A stretch of 64,000 bases of DNA, taken from assembly GCA_013265495.1 (NCBI GenBank), contig MU059052.1, forward strand, positions 1,134,702 through 1,198,701, in the 5' to 3' direction. Within the stretch, counting starts at the first letter, position 1; each line of letters starts with the position of its first letter. The notes under the pieces were generated by a model. That model was given only the letters and a program-made list of their open reading frames with translations, had not been told where the DNA came from and made no database searches. Source of the DNA: Vicugna vicugna. Taxonomy: Eukaryota. Below are positions 60,501-64,000 of this stretch, piece after piece. Position numbers and translations under genes: made by a program.

Positions 60501-63500
60501 TTTTTATCACTGTTACTAACTAGCATCCTTTCATTTCAGCTTCCTGAAAGAAATTCTTTTAGAAATTCCTGAAGAATTCTTTTAGCATTTATTTATAGCA
60601 TTTTCAGAGTTCTTTATATATTCTGTATACAAGTCCCTTTCAGATACAAGATTTGCAAACATTTTCTTCCATTCTTTGGGTCATCTGTTTTTTATGGTAT
60701 CCTTTGAAGAACAAAAGTACTTAATTTTGAAAAATGCCCAGTCTATTTTTCCTTTTGTGGCTTGTGATTTTGATTCTAAGGTATGCAACTAAGTGGAAAT
60801 AGCAATATATGGAGATTTATATAACAATCTAGCTTTCTGAAAAAGGATGGATGAGAATATATATTTATTTGCCTGTGTATGCACAAATTGGTAAGTTATA
60901 TAGGAAACTGAAAAGAGCAGTTGTCTTTGGTTGGGGAGAATTGCAGGGATGGGAGTCATGGGTGGGAAGGAGACTTTATGCCATTTTATTTTTTCATGTG
61001 AAATTTAAAAATTTTCAAAATGCAATGATTAAGAGTAAACCTAGAATTCTAACACTCACACTGATTAAAATAAACATGGACTCAAAAAGGCAAGAAAATT
61101 TTAAAGACAGTATATGTATATGGCAGAGAACATTCAAATAAAAAGAGTATGGAGTGAAAATGGGTCCCTTACTCCTGAGTCCTAGTCCTTCAGATGTCAC
61201 CAACCTTCCCAGTGTCTGGTGTAGCCCACCAGAAATATTCAGTGAGTATACAAATGTGTGTACAGGTACAAACATACACCATTCCTGTTAAAAAAATAAA
61301 AGACTAAAAACACTGTCCTGAAACATGCTTTTTACTTAATAGATCTTGGAGATTGTTCTATAGTGATGTAGAATCTGCATCAATAATTACAGGTCTACTT
61401 TATTTTTAAATAGGCTAGTTTTATAAATGTCATCTAACTAGTCCTTGCTAATGAATTTTAAGGTTGTTTCTACTCTATTTTTACTACAATACTGCAGTGA
61501 ATTTCCTTATACATATATATTTGCACAGGTGTACAATGTATATGTGATGAATGTGTGTAAATACTGTGCAATTGTGGGGTTAAGGATATATATGCTTTTA
61601 ACATTTTTGTGTATTTTCTAATAGAACTCTATAATCAACTTACCAAAAATACCCTTTGAGGATTGTGCCTGGAAACATTTCTTGGAAGGCAAATCTAGTG
61701 CTGATGGACTCCCTCAGCTTTTGTTTGTGTGGGAAATTCTCTCTCCTTCATTTCTAACGGACATCTTTGTCAGGCAGAATGTTCTTGGTTGGGCGTTTTC
61801 TCTCAGCACTTTGAAACTACCATTCCGCTCTCTCCTGGCCTGTGAAGTTTCTGCTGAGGAGTCTGCTAGTTACAGTATAGGGGTTCCCCTGTAATTCACA
61901 AACTTTTCTCTTGCTGCTTTTAAGATTCTTTGTCTTTGATTTCTGATAGTTTTATTACTTCATATTTTGAAGAAGATCTCTTTGAATGATAGATGAACTT
62001 GGATATCCAAATTTGTCCTCAGATTTGGGAATTTCTCAGCATCAGCCATTATTAAATAAGCTTTCTGCCCCCTTCTCCCTCTGGAATGCTAATATTTTGC
62101 AAATTGTTTCTTTTGATTGTATCCCATAGGTCTTAATAGGCTTTCATCATTCTTTTTTGTTTTGTTTTNNNNNNNNNNNNNNNNNNNNNNNNNNNNNNNN
62201 NNNNNNNNNNNNNNNNNNNNNNNNNNNNNNNNNNNNNNNNNNNNNNNNNNNNNNNNNNNNNNNNNNNNNNNNNNNNNNNNNNNNNNNNNNNNNNNNNNNN
62301 NNNNNNNNNNNNNNNNNNNNNNNAATTGTCGTTTTCCTATAGCTCACGGAGTTTCCGTTGATCGCCAGGTCATCCAAATCTGGGTGACAGTTGGGTTTCC
62401 GCAGGGGCACCCAATTCACAGTGGGCGATCAACATGTTAAAAAAAAAACANNNNNNNNNNNNNNNNNNNNNNNNNNNNNNNNNNNNNNNNNNNNNNNNNN
62501 NNNNNNNNNNNNNNNNNNNNNNNNNNNNNNNNNNNNNNNNNNNNNNNNNNNNNNNNNNNNNNNNNNNNNNNNNCTTGATTCGGCAATGCAGAAGGCTGGG
62601 TGCTGACACCCTCCCTTCCACCTCCCAAAAAGTGGGGCTAAAGCTTACGCTGTGGTCTCTCCCTGTCCTGTAGATTCAGGCTGGCTTTGTTTGCAATGCT
62701 CACTAGCCAGCTGCCAAAGCTTCCTCTCGATGCTGTCAGGAGCACATAGAGGAGCCAGCCACAGGGTGGGGGGGGGTGTTGTGTAGGTGAGGCATTGCTG
62801 GTTCCATGGGCCAGTCAGGAGATCTACCGGTAAAGTGTCCCCAGTGGTGTGGGGCTAGCTTCTTGATGGGACCATAACAGTAGGCTCTGTGACCCTTCAA
62901 TGCCCTCCAAAGGTTCTGTCTGCTGCTGTTCTAGCAACTTCCACCCTCTGGTCATGCAGCTCATGATTCAGTAGTCTGGATGAGAAAAAGGGGTCTCTTT
63001 GGCAGCATCCAATATAGTTGAAAAAGCTTGGTACTCAGTCTTTCCTTCCCCTCCAGGAGAAATCACAGGTTGAGGTCTCTCTTGATACTGAACTGTGCCA
63101 CCTTAGGGGAGGGGTGATGAGAGTAAAATCAAACTGCTCCTCTTCAAAGCATCTGAACTCATTAAATTTTATTGCTTCAATGGCACGCTGAAAATTCTCC
63201 ACTGGAAACCCAGACTTTCACAAAAGCCTTCTTGTCCACGGTGACTATCTAAGATAAAACTTTCCAGGGGTTTCCAGAGTGTAGCTGAGTGGGACTGGAG
63301 CTGGTTCACAGACCACTGCAGGGTCCAAGCAGGGACCTAGGTCTGTATGTCTATTACCCAATGCCCAGGTGGATGAGATTCCTACCAGATTGCTTGGTAC
63401 ATGGTGTTGGCTCACAAAGCTCCCACAAAGGCATTTTTGTCTGTAAGTGGATGCCAAATTGTTGGGGGTGGGGGACACAAATGAGGGATGGCTTACTCAG

Positions 63501-63600
63501 CCATGTTGATGTTACTTCTGAAGTTGGTTGTCTTCGAGGATAAATGGATGGCTGGGGCGAAATGAGTATTCAGTAGTCTCTTCTTAGTGATCAGATTTCC
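57525..63600 (-). mobile_element. Large, rearranged, mostly full-span old L1: ORF2 at ~57730-60250, inter-ORF, ORF1 at ~61680-62160, 5' region at ~62600-63600. Interrupted by other L1 DNA (~60590-61675) and two gaps.
   Basis: Antisense ORF2 remnant translates MYLENYKILMKEIED...LNVRPKAIKLPEENIG. Also 'gaaagtgggcatctttgtcttgttcttgatcttagaggaaa', 'ctctgcatctattgagatg', and ORF1 'ctccctcagcttttgtttg...gaagtttctgctgag'. Confidence 0.85.
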
Positions 63601-63624
63601 TTGCTTTGCCCTCTTTCTTTAGGT

Positions 63625-63785
63625 ACAATTCTTTTCAGTTCTGAAGGCTAGAAGTTCAAAATCAAGGTGTTGGCAAGTTTGATTTTTTTCCTGAGGGCCT
63701 AAAGGAGAGGATCTGTTCTAGGCATCTCTCTGGCTTGCAGATGGGTCGCCCTGTTGCTCCCTCTGCATATGCTTTTCACTCTGAG
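63625..63785 (-). mobile_element. MLT1 LTR fragment
   Basis: 'cagttctgaaggctagaagttcaaaatcaaggtgttggca...ctgaggg...aggagaggatctgttctaggcatctct'. Confidence 0.75.
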
Positions 63786-64000
63786 TACTTGAAATTCCAC
63801 ATATTCTTAAAGCTAGCGAACAAATGTTGGTATTCCACATCGTGGCATTAGTTTCAAGACATTAATTCTTTCAGCCATTGGAATCAGAGTGAACAAATAT
63901 TAATGAAATCATAGCCAGCTAACAAGGCTTTCACAAGTGCCATAAAGGTTTGAATTCAAAGACCAAGACAATTAAAGATTAAGTGTTGACTCCTTTGGGC

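Larger units (their letters stand above)
12804..62573. other. Seven assembly gaps (N-runs): 12804-12975, 30271-30397, 37117-37295, 37422-37481, 44185-44931, 62169-62323, 62451-62573
   Basis: Read directly. ORFs spanning X-runs in the ORF track are artefacts of these gaps. Confidence 0.99.

Noticed and set aside
46000-64000. Exons of the neighbouring gene (KIAA0895/MATCAP2 lies downstream on the opposite strand in human, from memory)
   Set aside because: No coding exon recognised; the region is repeats plus unique non-coding DNA.

Overview
Mammalian genomic DNA from a draft assembly with 7 N-gaps. It is probably a camelid (camel, alpaca or llama), judged from a Vic-1-like tRNA-derived SINE and camelid-type L1 3' tails. 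The + strand carries the 3' part of EEPD1 (endonuclease/exonuclease/phosphatase domain-containing 1): six coding exons at 10192-10243, 34131-34241, 37486-37620, 39776-39914, 44088-(gap) and 45217-45416, all with canonical AG/GT boundaries where visible and consistent phases. Exon 7 runs into a gap. The rest is intronic or intergenic DNA rich in L1, L2, MIR, MLT1 and MER5-type repeats. The other ORFs in the supplied track are judged spurious. I found no convincing new biological system. The features most worth a second look are: (i) a nested duplication at 52.7-56.7 kb, where a ~99%-identical 973-bp copy sits exactly between two ~89%-identical 170-bp direct repeats and is itself bounded by older ~200-bp repeats; (ii) a 127-bp gap-flanked island at 62324-62450 that folds into a three-way RNA junction followed by an A-run; (iii) a 336-bp tandem duplication in intron 3 that doubles a perfect heat-shock-element-like motif; (iv) two non-conservative substitutions around the EEPD1 SEHCP motif; (v) a perfect intronic CTCF core next to an E-box. 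Repeat boundaries and family names are by-eye estimates, and comparisons with human EEPD1 are from memory and need database confirmation.
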